This document shows positions 40,092-50,271 of a DNA stretch of 64,000 nt, piece by piece. Source of the DNA: Longimicrobiales bacterium. Lineage in GTDB: Bacteria > Gemmatimonadota > Gemmatimonadetes > Longimicrobiales > Gaopeijiaceae. The DNA lies in NCBI GenBank assembly GCA_965202985.1, contig CBDBCF010000001.1:1920001-1984000 (forward strand), given 5' to 3'. Numbering within the stretch: position 1 is the first letter of the stretch; every line of letters starts with the position of its first letter. Under the pieces are notes generated by a model, which saw only the letters and a list, made by a program, of their open reading frames with translations, did not search any database and was not told the DNA's origin. The position numbers were made by a program, and so were the translations under genes.

Positions 40092-41297
40092 GTGCCGCCC
40101 ACCCACCCCGGCGTCCCCCTTCCCCGGTCCGCGCCCTTGGACCCCGCCGAGACGGCCCGCTACGCCCGGCACTTGGTGCTGCCCGAGGTGGGCCGCGACG
40201 GCCAGGAGCGCCTCAAGGCCGCCCGCGTGCTGCTGGTGGGGGCCGGCGGGCTGGGGTCGCCGGCGGGACTGTACTTGGCGGCGGCGGGGGTCGGCACGCT
40301 GGGCGTGGTGGACCCGGACGTGGTGGACGCCACCAACCTGCAGCGCCAGATCCTGCACGGCACCTCGGACCTGGGCGCGCCCAAGGTCGATTCCGCCAGG
40401 CGAAGGCTGGCCGAGGCGAACCCGCACGTGGCCGTCGAGACGCTGGCCGCCAAGCTGACGGCGGACAACGCCCTGGGCGTCGTGGCGGAGTACGACGTGG
40501 TGGTGGACGGGAGCGACAACTTCCCCACGCGGTACTTGGTCAACGACGCCTGCGTGCTTTCCGGCAAGCCCAACGTGTACGGGTCGGTCTACCGGTGGGA
40601 GGGGCAGCTGTCGGTCTTCGGCCTGGAAGGGGGACCTTGCTACCGCTGTCTGTTCAGGGAGCCGCCCCCGCCGGGCGCGGTCCCCAACTGCGCGGAGGCC
40701 GGCGTCTTCGGCGCGCTGCCGGGGGTGATCGGCGCGGCACAGGCCATGGAGACGATCAAGCTGGTCCTGGGCGCCGGCGACGTGCTGGCGGGCCGCCTCC
40801 AGCTCTTCGACGCGCTGGCGTATCGGTGGCGGGAGGTGGAGGTGCGCCGGGACCCCGCGTGCCCCGCGTGCGGCGATCGTCCCACCGTGACGGAGCTCGT
40901 CGACTACGACGCGTTCTGCGGCGCGGCCGGCAACGGAGCTGGCGCGAGCGCGGGCGCAGCCGACGACGAAGACCAAGTCGGCCGCGTCCACCCCGGCGAG
41001 CTTGCGGGCGTCATGTCCGGCGAACCCCGGCCCTTCCTCTTGGACGTGAGGGAGCCGTTGGAGTGGAGGGCGATGAACCTGCGGTCGCTGGGCGCGGTGC
41101 TGGTGCCCAAGGGAGAGATCCCCGAACGCCTGCAGGAAATCCCCAAGGACCGCCCGGTGGTGGTCTACTGCCACAGCGGCGTGCGCAGTCTGGACGTGGC
41201 GCGGACCCTGGCCGCCGCAGGCTACGATCACGTGCGGAACCTGGAAGGCGGGATCGCGGCGGTGCTGGAAGAGACGCCCCAGATGGTCGGTTCGTGA
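40092..41297 (+). CDS. moeB: MoeB/ThiF E1-like adenylyltransferase with C-terminal rhodanese (MoeZ-type)
   Basis: RYARHL, GAGGLGS, TNLQRQ, DGSDNF, CYRC, CPAC, and rhodanese YCHSGVRS. Confidence 0.9.
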   Translation: MPPTHPGVPLPRSAPLDPAETARYARHLVLPEVGRDGQERLKAARVLLVGAGGLGSPAGLYLAAAGVGTLGVVDPDVVDATNLQRQILHGTSDLGAPKVDSARRRLAEANPHVAVETLAAKLTADNALGVVAEYDVVVDGSDNFPTRYLVNDACVLSGKPNVYGSVYRWEGQLSVFGLEGGPCYRCLFREPPPPGAVPNCAEAGVFGALPGVIGAAQAMETIKLVLGAGDVLAGRLQLFDALAYRWREVEVRRDPACPACGDRPTVTELVDYDAFCGAAGNGAGASAGAADDEDQVGRVHPGELAGVMSGEPRPFLLDVREPLEWRAMNLRSLGAVLVPKGEIPERLQEIPKDRPVVVYCHSGVRSLDVARTLAAAGYDHVRNLEGGIAAVLEETPQMVGS

Positions 41298-41662
41298 CCG
41301 ACGGCCCGCGCAGCCCGGCCGGCTCGCATCCCGGCATGCCGGCCGCCGACGCCCCCTGGCGCCGGACGCTGGTGCGGCTGGCCCAAGCGATCGACAACCG
41401 CCGCGAGGTGCGGCTGCTCTACGGCTCCAGCCTGAGCGTTCGCTTGGTGCTGCCCCACGCCCTGGGCGTCAGCCGGTCCGGGAACCCGGCCTTGCTGGCC
41501 TGGCAGCAAGGAGGCGGCGCGAAGGAGGCCGAGACCGGCTGGCGGCAGTTCAAGTTGGACAAGATCGCCGCCGTGGACGTGTCGGAATCGACGTTCCGCG
41601 CCCCGGCGCCGGGCTACGACCCCAAGAACCCGGGCCTGTTCGGAGTCGTCAAAGCGATCTGA
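41294..41662 (+). CDS. stand-alone WYL-domain-like protein
   Basis: AIDNRREVRLLY...RLVLPHALG...LLAWQ...GWRQFKLDKI...GYDP. Confidence 0.65.
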   Translation: MTDGPRSPAGSHPGMPAADAPWRRTLVRLAQAIDNRREVRLLYGSSLSVRLVLPHALGVSRSGNPALLAWQQGGGAKEAETGWRQFKLDKIAAVDVSESTFRAPAPGYDPKNPGLFGVVKAI

Positions 41663-43316
41663 AGCGGGACGGGCCTCCGCGCGCCGACCGACCCCCCGTG
41701 CGCCCGGCCCCTCGGCCGCGTGAACTCCCTCGGCTGCCCCTTCCCGCCGGCGCGTCCTCCAGCACCAGCTCGAAGTCTTCCTCGTAACCGACCTTGTCCG
41801 GCGAAGGCAGGTAGCGGGACAGGTCGATCTCCGCCCCGGCCAGCTCCCGGTCGAAGGCGGCCATGTCTCGCCGGGCGGCCTCTTCGCCGGTGTCGGAGGT
41901 CGAGTACACGATGCGGCCCAGCTTCTGGTCGCCCAGAGCCAGCTCGCGGCGCACGAGTTCGGCCTCCACGAACGCCTCGCGAACCGACGGAAAGCGGTAC
42001 CGGAACCCGTCGTCGTCCGTCTTCACGTCGGCCCCGAACTCCGAGGCCAGCGCTTCGAGCTGCCGCTTCGCCGCCGCTTGGTCCGCCCCGCCCCCGCCCA
42101 GCGCGCGGCCGGTCCGGGCCACGGCGTCTCCGGCCCCGACCCAGCGCACCGTTCCCACGCTGTTGCGGCAGACCGCGCCGACCAGAAGCCGACGAGCGTT
42201 GCGCTGCCGCCTGGCCCCGTTCTCGCGGCGCAATCCCAGCGACCGCACGACCGGAACGGCGAAGAACAGCGCGCTGAACGTCACGGGCACCACGCCCAGC
42301 CCCCAGAACCACAGCGGATCGAACGGGACCGCGCTCGGCGTCTGCAGGAACGGCGCAAGTCCCAGCACGGACCCGGCAGCCAAGTTGAAGCCGTTCATGG
42401 CGCCGATGACGACGTTGGAGCCGGCGCTGTTCCCGGTCAGCTTCCTGGGGTACTCCAAGCGCAGCCACGCCGGCTTGGGTTCGCGGGCGCGCACCTTCCC
42501 GTGGGCGCTCTTCATGAGTCCCGAAAAGGCGTAGACGACCTCTCCCTTGGGCGACACCCGGGGATCGCCGCCGTACGCCCCGGTCAGGCGTCCCATCTCC
42601 TCTTCCGCCTCGTCCAGGGGCAGGGCCGTGTGCTCGACCAGCTCGGTCGCGGTGAGGACGCCGTTTCTGGCACGGATCAGCTGCAGCGTGCTCCGGTCCT
42701 TCTGCAGGCGCGTGGGGCGCGGCTCCTCGGGGCCGAAGATGAAGGCGAAGACCTTCTTGTAGAACGGGGGCTGGGCCTCCTTGGGGAGCCGGCGAGCGTG
42801 GCGGTCGCCGTAGTAGAGGCTGCCCCGCCCCCAGCCGCTTCCGCCCATCAGCCAGTGGAGCAGGAACAGGTCGCCCAGGCCGAAGCCGCCGCCGCCCCGC
42901 CGCCCGCCGAAGCCGCCCTCTCGGTCGCCCTCTCGGTTGAGCGCCATCATCGCGGCGATCGCCAGCACCACGAACGTCACGAAGTAGACCACCAGCATGA
43001 CCGCCGTCCACGCCTTGAAGCCCGTCTTGAACGCCGCCCACGCGCCGCGCTTGAAGCGGACCCACGCGCTCTCGCGATCCCGCGTCATGAGGCGCGGATC
43101 GAAGCGGTAGAGAAGGTCGCCCGAGTCCGAGACCTCCAAGTGGCCGCGGTGCGTCTCGAGCAGGCCCTTCAAGCTGGACTCGGCCTGGTGCTCGGGCATC
43201 CCCGTGGCCGAAACCACGTCGCCCAGAGTGGCTCGGCCCTCCAAGCGTCGGAGAGCGGCCAAGAGGTCCGGCGCGGGACCGGGGGCGGTTGGGGCAACTG
43301 CGACTGGGCTGGACAA
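41649..43316 (-). CDS. conserved membrane protein (resembles the At5g03900-like family); start uncertain
   Basis: RATLGDVVSATG...GHLEVSDSGDLLYRF, then TM helices, FAFIFGP and YGGDPRVSPKGEVVYAF. Confidence 0.65.
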   Translation of the reverse strand: MSSPVAVAPTAPGPAPDLLAALRRLEGRATLGDVVSATGMPEHQAESSLKGLLETHRGHLEVSDSGDLLYRFDPRLMTRDRESAWVRFKRGAWAAFKTGFKAWTAVMLVVYFVTFVVLAIAAMMALNREGDREGGFGGRRGGGGFGLGDLFLLHWLMGGSGWGRGSLYYGDRHARRLPKEAQPPFYKKVFAFIFGPEEPRPTRLQKDRSTLQLIRARNGVLTATELVEHTALPLDEAEEEMGRLTGAYGGDPRVSPKGEVVYAFSGLMKSAHGKVRAREPKPAWLRLEYPRKLTGNSAGSNVVIGAMNGFNLAAGSVLGLAPFLQTPSAVPFDPLWFWGLGVVPVTFSALFFAVPVVRSLGLRRENGARRQRNARRLLVGAVCRNSVGTVRWVGAGDAVARTGRALGGGGADQAAAKRQLEALASEFGADVKTDDDGFRYRFPSVREAFVEAELVRRELALGDQKLGRIVYSTSDTGEEAARRDMAAFDRELAGAEIDLSRYLPSPDKVGYEEDFELVLEDAPAGRGSRGSSRGRGAGRTGGRSARGGPSRFRSL

Positions 43317-43616
43317 CGGAATGGCTCCCCGAGGACGGAAGGCGCGAAAACGAGACTCCAAAGCTAAGCCCCGGCGGCGGGCGTCGCACCGGGAAGCGGC
43401 GGACCTCGGCGTTGCGGCGTCGCTCGTCGGGTGGCTGTGGTGGGTGAAAGCCGAGACCCCGGACGCGAAGGCAACGTCGCACCGTTCCGGCAACCCAAAG
43501 GCTCGGGGCCCGCAGGTCTCCGGCGCCCCGGCCCTCAAGTGATGACGAAACGATGATGGAGAAAGGACAGGCTCCTCGGCCCAGTTTCCCCACCACTCCA
43601 CGAGGAGCAAGCGCCC

Positions 43617-44471
43617 ATGTCCGACCGTCCCGTGCTCACTGCGCCTGTATCGCTGATGGGGCCGCCCTATCGCCGGCTCGTATCCGTAGAGCATCCGGAG
43701 GGTGCGCAACCGAGGGGCGGAGGATGGGTGATGGTGTGGAACTTGGGAGCGAAGGAGTGGGCGGAACGCGGCGAACTGGCCGTGGGCCGTCATGCGGGCG
43801 TGGCGCTGGCCCTGGTCCTGCCGGACGAGGACGGGCTGTCGATCACGCAAGTCCTGCGCGCGATCGAGCGGTCGCGGCCGCAGGCGGTGCTGCCCAGTCA
43901 CGAGGCGCCGCGTCCCAGCGACGTGGCTGCGGTGATCCGTCGCCCGCCGGCCTCGCTGTCCACGAGCATCGGCGAGTACATGGAGTGGCGCGGGTTCTCG
44001 CTGGACCCGATCACGAAGAGCGTCATCCGTCGCACGATCGATCTCAGCGCCCACGTCCAGACGATCTCGGCCCTTGCCAAGAACCTGTACGTGTCCAGGC
44101 GCGCTCTGGGACGACGCTTCATCAAGAACGGCTTGCCCGTGCCGTCCCACTGGCTTCACGCCGCCCGCATCCTGCGGGCCGTGATCAAGCTCCAGAACAC
44201 GGACGCCAGCCTGTTCAGCGTCGCGTGTTCGATGGGCTACGCGGACGGGTTCTCCCTGAGCAACCAGATGAGCCGCCTCTGCGGGGTTCGGCCGGCGGAC
44301 ACGCGGACCATGGTCGGATGGGAATGGCTGTTCGAGAGCTGGCTGGCCCGCGAAGCCGAGCAGGGAAACGTGTCCAGAAGCGTCGTCGGAACGCGCCCGT
44401 CGATCGCGCCACTGTCGCGGATTCTGCCAGCCGACGACGAAGAGCGCGCCCCAGCCGCTATGTCGCTCTAG
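43617..44471 (+). CDS. AraC-family HTH transcriptional regulator
   Basis: TISALAKNLYVSRRALGRRF and SVACSMGYADGFSLSNQMSRLCGVRP. GAGGAG RBS. Confidence 0.75.
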   Translation: MSDRPVLTAPVSLMGPPYRRLVSVEHPEGAQPRGGGWVMVWNLGAKEWAERGELAVGRHAGVALALVLPDEDGLSITQVLRAIERSRPQAVLPSHEAPRPSDVAAVIRRPPASLSTSIGEYMEWRGFSLDPITKSVIRRTIDLSAHVQTISALAKNLYVSRRALGRRFIKNGLPVPSHWLHAARILRAVIKLQNTDASLFSVACSMGYADGFSLSNQMSRLCGVRPADTRTMVGWEWLFESWLAREAEQGNVSRSVVGTRPSIAPLSRILPADDEERAPAAMSL

Positions 44472-44505
44472 CTCCAGCTGCCGGACGAGTCCAAGCGGGG
44501 ATCGC

Positions 44506-47500
44506 GTGTCCGAGACCGATCCTGGAGGGGAACGCTCCGGGCTGCTGCTCGAGATGTTCGGCGGACCCGTCCTCAAGCGGGGCGGCCACAAAGTCAAGCT
44601 GTCGCCGTTCCAGCTGGCACTGATGACCGTCGTCTTCGGAGAAGGCGAGGAGCGCACGCCCAAGTCGCTGGTGGAGCGGCTGCTGTGGGAGGCCGGGGGC
44701 GAGCGGGGATCGGGAGGCGACCGGGCCGTGCGGCATCGGACGAGCCAGCTGGTCTACAAGACGAACCGCCGCTGCCAAGCCAGGGTGATCGAACCCGACG
44801 GCGAGTTCCTACGGGCCCGGGCCGACATGGTGCGCTGCGACCTGGACGACTTCCGCGGGAAGGTCGGCGCCTCTCGCCTTCGCGAAGCTGCGAAGCTGCT
44901 CGAGCGAGGGTTTCTTGCGACGCTGCCTCGGCAGACCCCGCCCGCGTTGCTGGACTGGGCCGAAGAACGGAGGCTGAGCCTGCGCGCGCAGTTGCGGCAG
45001 AAGGCCCTGGCGGGATGGGAGGCTTCCGAACGGTTGCAGGAATGGACCACGGCGCGGCAGGCGGCGGAAGTGCTGCTGGGGTTGGCGCCCGCGGACGAGA
45101 CCGTACTGAGGCGGGTCATGCGGGCAAGCGCCATGGGCGGCATGGTCCGGGAAGCCGAAGCCGTGTACTACGCCTTCGCGGAGCGCGCCGAGCCCGCCGG
45201 GGGCTGGGTGCCGGATCCGGCCACGTCCGAACTGCTTGCCACGGTTCGCGCCTCGGCATCTGGGCCGGGCCGCCTGCTTGCCGCAACCATGCCGCCGGAG
45301 CTCCCCTTCGTGGGCCGCTCGGGGGAACTTGCCCGCTTGACGCGCGCCATCGGGGGCTCGGATGCGGGCCGATCTCCTGCGACGATCGTCGTGCAGGGCG
45401 TCCAAGGCATCGGCAAGACGCGGCTCGTTCGGCAGGCGCTCCGGGCGGCCCGGTTCCGCGGCTTCCAGGTTGTGCAGGCTTGCGCCACGGAGCTCGAGCG
45501 GAGCGTCCCGTTCGGCTCGCTGGCCGACGCCCTCCTGGACAAACCACGCCTGAAGCCTGTCCTGCGGCGCATAGGCGATCCGTGGAGGCAAGCCCTATTG
45601 TCGCGGCTGCCCGAATGGCACGAGGAACTTGGCCCACCCGACGACCCCGAGCCCGGCGCGGCCGAGCCTGCCGACGCCGCCCTGTGGCCCGGTGCGTGCA
45701 AGCCCGCCCAAGGCGCCACGCCATCCGGCACGACCACTCCCGACGCCGCCATGTCCTCCCGCCCGGTCCCGTCCCGACTGCTCTGCCAAGCCTTTCTCCG
45801 GTTGTTGGAGGACGCCGTCCGATCGAAGCCGCTCCTCCTGTTCCTGGACGACTTCCACTGGATCGACGCGGAATCCGTGGCCGTCGTTCACTTCGTCCGA
45901 CGTCGCTGGCGAGCCGGCGTGCTGGTGCTCGTCGTGGCCTGCCGGCCCGAGGAGCTGCGACGCAACGGTGCCGCCCGCCAGTTCGTTCTTGAGGTCGAAG
46001 CGACGGCAAGCGACGCGGTCGTCTCCCTGGGACCGATGGACTGCCCATGCGCGTTCGAGCTCGCCAAGTCCGCGGCGCACCCGTCGCTGCCGAGCGACGT
46101 GCTGCAAGAGGTTGTGGACTTGGCCGGAGGGAACCCGCTTCATCTGGCCGAAATCGCGGCACACAACGCACGGCGGGCGGTTCGACTCGGGCCTGGGCCG
46201 ATCAAGGTTCCCGAGTCCGTGCGAAGGGCGGTGTCCGGGCGGGTCGGCACGTTGGACCCCGTCGTGGCCAAGGTGGCTTCGGCGCTGGCCGTCCGCGCCG
46301 TCCCCGTTCCGCTCGAGACGCTGTCGCGGATCGCGGGCTGCAAACCGAGCGCTTGCGCGGAAGCCCTGGAACACCTGGACGAACTGGGGCTGGTCGGGTG
46401 GACCAAGCAGGGGTTCGGTCTCGTCGACGCCGTCGTTCGCCATGTGCTCTACGAGGAAATGCGGCCGGCCCGACGCGCCCTTCTCCACGCCGTGGCGGCC
46501 CAAGTCCTCGTATCAGAAGCCGGCGCGTCGGGGTCGGCCGGAGGACCGCCGCTCGACCAGGTCGCCCGTCACTATCAGCGGGCCGGCGACAAGAAGCGGG
46601 CGCGCGCCTATGCGATCGAGGCGGCCGAACAACCGGCCGCGGACGCCACGAACCTGTTGCGGCTGGCCTACGACGCCAGTCGGGGCGAGGAACGACGAGA
46701 CGTTGCGGCTCGCTTGGCGCGATCCTACTACCAAGCCCGCAACCTGAAGGCGGTCCGCAAGTTCGGGGAAGAGGCCCTCGCCGCCCGGGAGCCGCGGTCT
46801 CCAGCCCACGGCGAAGTCCGTCTGATCGTGGCCGACGCGCGCTTCCTTGCCGGCATGGACGAACCGGATGCCACTCTGGGCGAGCTGACCAAGCTTGATC
46901 ACGTGTTCTCGAAGGCAGGCGACTCCGCCATGGTCCTGCGGGTCCTCGACACGGCTCTCCACGTCATGGAGGGGGCGGACGCCAAGGGGCGGACCGACGC
47001 TCTGTTCCGACGGGTGCGCAAGCTGGCGTCGGCAAGCGACTTCGTAGTGCGGCGCGAGGCGTTGAGCCTACTGACGAGGCAGGCGGTGCACGGTTCTCCC
47101 GAAGCCGGGCTCAAATGGGGACGAGAGGCGGCGCGGCTCGCTCAGGAGCAGGGGGACGCCATGACGGTGCTCCAACGCTTGGTGCAGGCCCTGCGAGCAG
47201 CAGGTCTGCTGGCCACGGAGGAAGGGCGCGCGACCGTGGCGCAGGCTCGGTCCATGGCCGAAACCACCCGAGACGTGCACGCCCGAGGTCTGTTTCTGCA
47301 CGAACTGGCGGCCTGGCACCTGGTGGCTGGAAGTCGCGGGTCCGCAGCACGGGTGCTGGCGGAGTTTCGGACCCTGAATCAAGCCAACGACTGTCCGCGG
47401 TTGCGGCTTCTGGAACTGCTGGGACACGGAACCCTGGCCCTGGAGCAGGGTGCGCTGGCCGACGCTCGGAGCGCCTTCGCCGACGCTCGGAGCCTTCCGG

Positions 47501-47907
47501 CGGCGACGGTGGCCCGCCGACACGTCTGGCGCTTGGCTGGCCTGGAAGGCAGGAGCCTGCTGGAACTGGGCCGGTTGCGCACCGCGGCCGTCCTCGCGGA
47601 AGCCAACCCGCTGCCCGAAGCATCGCGACTGCAGGAGCCGGGCGCGCCCGCCGAACTGGTGCTCTTCCACGCCCGCCTGGCGTCGCGCAACGGAGATATG
47701 CCCGGCGCCTTGGCCATCTTGGAGCGGCATTTGGCCCTCACGGACTCGGTCGGCCCGGTCTGTTCGCTGCGCATCGCGCTGGAGTACGTTCGTCTGGCCC
47801 GTCGGAGCAACCGCCCTTACGGCGACACCGCCCAGCGGGCCCGTGCCACGGCCCGCGCACTGGGCCTGCAGGGACTGGCGCACGACTTCCTGCCGTTCGT
47901 GAAATGA
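44506..47907 (+). CDS. SARP/BTAD-type regulator with AAA (STAND-like) ATPase and helical C-terminus
   Basis: LLEMFGGP, LLWE, CDLDDF, FVGRSGEL, GVQGIGKT (Walker A), LDDFHWID (Walker B) and GGNPL. Confidence 0.75.
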   Translation: MSETDPGGERSGLLLEMFGGPVLKRGGHKVKLSPFQLALMTVVFGEGEERTPKSLVERLLWEAGGERGSGGDRAVRHRTSQLVYKTNRRCQARVIEPDGEFLRARADMVRCDLDDFRGKVGASRLREAAKLLERGFLATLPRQTPPALLDWAEERRLSLRAQLRQKALAGWEASERLQEWTTARQAAEVLLGLAPADETVLRRVMRASAMGGMVREAEAVYYAFAERAEPAGGWVPDPATSELLATVRASASGPGRLLAATMPPELPFVGRSGELARLTRAIGGSDAGRSPATIVVQGVQGIGKTRLVRQALRAARFRGFQVVQACATELERSVPFGSLADALLDKPRLKPVLRRIGDPWRQALLSRLPEWHEELGPPDDPEPGAAEPADAALWPGACKPAQGATPSGTTTPDAAMSSRPVPSRLLCQAFLRLLEDAVRSKPLLLFLDDFHWIDAESVAVVHFVRRRWRAGVLVLVVACRPEELRRNGAARQFVLEVEATASDAVVSLGPMDCPCAFELAKSAAHPSLPSDVLQEVVDLAGGNPLHLAEIAAHNARRAVRLGPGPIKVPESVRRAVSGRVGTLDPVVAKVASALAVRAVPVPLETLSRIAGCKPSACAEALEHLDELGLVGWTKQGFGLVDAVVRHVLYEEMRPARRALLHAVAAQVLVSEAGASGSAGGPPLDQVARHYQRAGDKKRARAYAIEAAEQPAADATNLLRLAYDASRGEERRDVAARLARSYYQARNLKAVRKFGEEALAAREPRSPAHGEVRLIVADARFLAGMDEPDATLGELTKLDHVFSKAGDSAMVLRVLDTALHVMEGADAKGRTDALFRRVRKLASASDFVVRREALSLLTRQAVHGSPEAGLKWGREAARLAQEQGDAMTVLQRLVQALRAAGLLATEEGRATVAQARSMAETTRDVHARGLFLHELAAWHLVAGSRGSAARVLAEFRTLNQANDCPRLRLLELLGHGTLALEQGALADARSAFADARSLPAATVARRHVWRLAGLEGRSLLELGRLRTAAVLAEANPLPEASRLQEPGAPAELVLFHARLASRNGDMPGALAILERHLALTDSVGPVCSLRIALEYVRLARRSNRPYGDTAQRARATARALGLQGLAHDFLPFVK

Positions 47908-47971
47908 CCTGCCGTTCGCGACCGGTCCCGACGGGCCGTGGTCCACGCTTGCCGAAGGGCGTAGATTCACG

Positions 47972-48244
47972 GTGATGACGAACGTCGAAGGAGAGGCTCG
48001 GCGGGCCGTGGGGCGGTTGCGTCGGTCGCTGGAAAAGGCCCGGCGGGAGCTTGGCGTCCTGCGGGCCGCCCTCGAGCGCGCGGAGGGCGGCGACTTCCCG
48101 GGCGGCGACTACGAGGACGCGGGCCGGCGGTTGGACGCCGTGGGCGACTGGCTGAACCAAGAAGAGGCGCGCCTTCGGGCCAAGGTGTTGCAGGCGGGCG
48201 GACTGGAACCGGGGCGGGTGCGGCGTTCGTCCATGAGCCGCTAA
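47972..48244 (+). CDS. small hypothetical coiled-coil protein
   Basis: 90-aa ORF with plausible composition between co-oriented genes. Confidence 0.55.
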   Translation: MMTNVEGEARRAVGRLRRSLEKARRELGVLRAALERAEGGDFPGGDYEDAGRRLDAVGDWLNQEEARLRAKVLQAGGLEPGRVRRSSMSR

Positions 48245-48255
48245 GCGACGCGCCG

Positions 48256-49980
48256 ATGAGGAGGCGCGAGTTCGTGGCCCGCGGGGCGGCGGGGCTGGCA
48301 GGCGCGGCCGCGATCGGAGGCGTTCCCGCCTGCTTGGGCGAGTCGTCCGACGGGTTGGACGGTGCCCAAGCGAACTTGGTGATCCGGGGCGGCACGATCT
48401 ACGACGGCGCCGGCGGCCCGCCCAAGAGCGGGGACGTGGCCGTTGCGGGGGATCGCATCTCGGCGGTGGGGAGCGTGTCGGCCCGGGGGGCCGCCGAGAT
48501 CGACGCCCGCGACATGGCGGTGGCGCCGGGGTTCATCGACATCCACTCCCACGCCGACCTGTCTCTGCTGGTGAACCCCCTGGCCGAGAGCCGCATCAGG
48601 CAGGGCGTGACGCTGGAGATCGTCGGCCAAGACGGCAGCTCGGTCGGCCCCTGGAGCGACGCCGTCTTCGAGTCCACGCGGGACCGCTACCGCCGGAGCT
48701 ACGGCGTCGAAATCGGCTTCCGCGATGTCGGCGGCTTCCTCGACCGCATCAACCAGGAGCGCCCGGCAGTGAGCGTGGCCACCATGGTCGGCCACGGCAC
48801 GATCCGCGGGCGGGTCGTGGGCGGCGCCGACCGGCCCGCCTCGTCGGCCGAGCTAGAGCGCATGCGCGCCCTGCTGCGCGAGGCCTTGTCGCAGGGGGCC
48901 GTCGGCCTGTCCTCGGGGCTGGAGTACGTCCCGGGCAGCTTCGCGGGCGTTGAAGAGCTGGCGTTCCTGGCCGCCGAGCTGCGCGGCACGCCCTATCCCT
49001 ACGCTTCCCATGTGCGCAACGAGGACGACCGCCTGCTGGCCGCGCTGGAAGAGGCCCTCCATGTGGGTCGGACGGCCGGCGTGCCCGTGCAGGTCTCCCA
49101 CCTGAAGGCTCAGGGCGAACGCAACCACTGGAAGGCCGACGCGGCACTGGCCGCCATCGAGGCCGCGCGTCGGGACAGGGTGGATGTGCACTTCGACCGC
49201 TATCCCTACGTGGCCTACGCGACCGGCCTGTCCAACCTGTTCCCCGCGTGGGGCAGGGCCGGCGGTTCGGCGCGCCTCTTGAAGCGGCTCGCGGACCCGG
49301 AGGACGGGCCCGCACTGGAGCGCGCCTGTCGGGACAAAGTGGCGTTGCTGGGCTCCTGGGACGCCGTCCAGGTCACGCGAACCGGCGGCGCCGACGCCCG
49401 CGCCAAGGGGCGTCGCCTGGGCGAACTGGCCCAGCAGCTGGGCGAGGAACCCTACGCGCTGGCAGTTCGGCTGCTGCGGGAGGCCGGCGGCAGCGTGGGA
49501 ATGATCGGCTTCGGCATGTCCGAGGAGAACACGGAGCGCATCTTGTCGCACCCCTTGGGAATGCTTTGCTCCGACGGCGGTGCGTACGCGCCCTACGGTC
49601 CCTTGTCGGGTTCGACGCCGCATCCACGCGGCTACGGCAGCTTCCCCCGCCTGCTGGGGCACTACGTTCGGGAACGCAGGGCCATGCCGTTGGAGACTGC
49701 GGTTCACAAGGCGACCGGCCTTCCCGCGGCCAAGCTGGGCCTTGCGGATCGCGGCGTGCTGGCCGTCGGCGCCGTCGCGGACCTGGTGGTTTTCGACCCG
49801 GATCAGGTAGCGGACCAAGCCACTTTCGAGGCTCCCCACCAGTACCCAACGGGGATGCTCCATGTGGTCGCGCGCGGCGTGCACACGATCCGCGACGGCG
49901 AGCAGACTGGGGAGCGCGGGGGACGAGCAGTGCGGGGCGCGCGCTACGCGCATCGGACCCAAGGCGGTGCCAAGCCGTAA
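48256..49980 (+). CDS. N-acyl-D-amino-acid deacylase (Tat-exported)
   Basis: MRRREFV Tat signal, PGFIDIHSHAD, SHVRNE, SHLK and HPRGYGSFPR. Confidence 0.88.
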   Translation: MRRREFVARGAAGLAGAAAIGGVPACLGESSDGLDGAQANLVIRGGTIYDGAGGPPKSGDVAVAGDRISAVGSVSARGAAEIDARDMAVAPGFIDIHSHADLSLLVNPLAESRIRQGVTLEIVGQDGSSVGPWSDAVFESTRDRYRRSYGVEIGFRDVGGFLDRINQERPAVSVATMVGHGTIRGRVVGGADRPASSAELERMRALLREALSQGAVGLSSGLEYVPGSFAGVEELAFLAAELRGTPYPYASHVRNEDDRLLAALEEALHVGRTAGVPVQVSHLKAQGERNHWKADAALAAIEAARRDRVDVHFDRYPYVAYATGLSNLFPAWGRAGGSARLLKRLADPEDGPALERACRDKVALLGSWDAVQVTRTGGADARAKGRRLGELAQQLGEEPYALAVRLLREAGGSVGMIGFGMSEENTERILSHPLGMLCSDGGAYAPYGPLSGSTPHPRGYGSFPRLLGHYVRERRAMPLETAVHKATGLPAAKLGLADRGVLAVGAVADLVVFDPDQVADQATFEAPHQYPTGMLHVVARGVHTIRDGEQTGERGGRAVRGARYAHRTQGGAKP

Positions 49981-50271
49981 CTCGCTGGTCGGGCAAGGCG
50001 GCGGAGGGGGCTCGGCTGGCCGCCACCTGTCTGCTTGCTTCGGCATCGCCTGGCGACGTAGCGGTTCGGGCGGGCCGGAGCTCCAGCGGGCGACGGCGTT
50101 TTCGCGGTCGCCGAAAGACGGGCCGATCCAGCTATGGAAGCGCCCAATTTTCGTCCCATCTTGCTCCGTATCCGGGACTCGCCCGGTCCTCGCAGGCCGA
50201 GCAGTCATCGTTCGCCCGCGACCCGCCCGCGAGATCCGCCAACTCCCCCGCGCCAACGGAGACCGCAACCC

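Noticed and set aside
38499..41231. 910-aa ORF suggesting a large N-terminal extension on the PAPS-reductase-like protein
   Set aside because: The first ~450 aa are the antisense shadow of moeB. The likely start is ATG 39875, which has an RBS.
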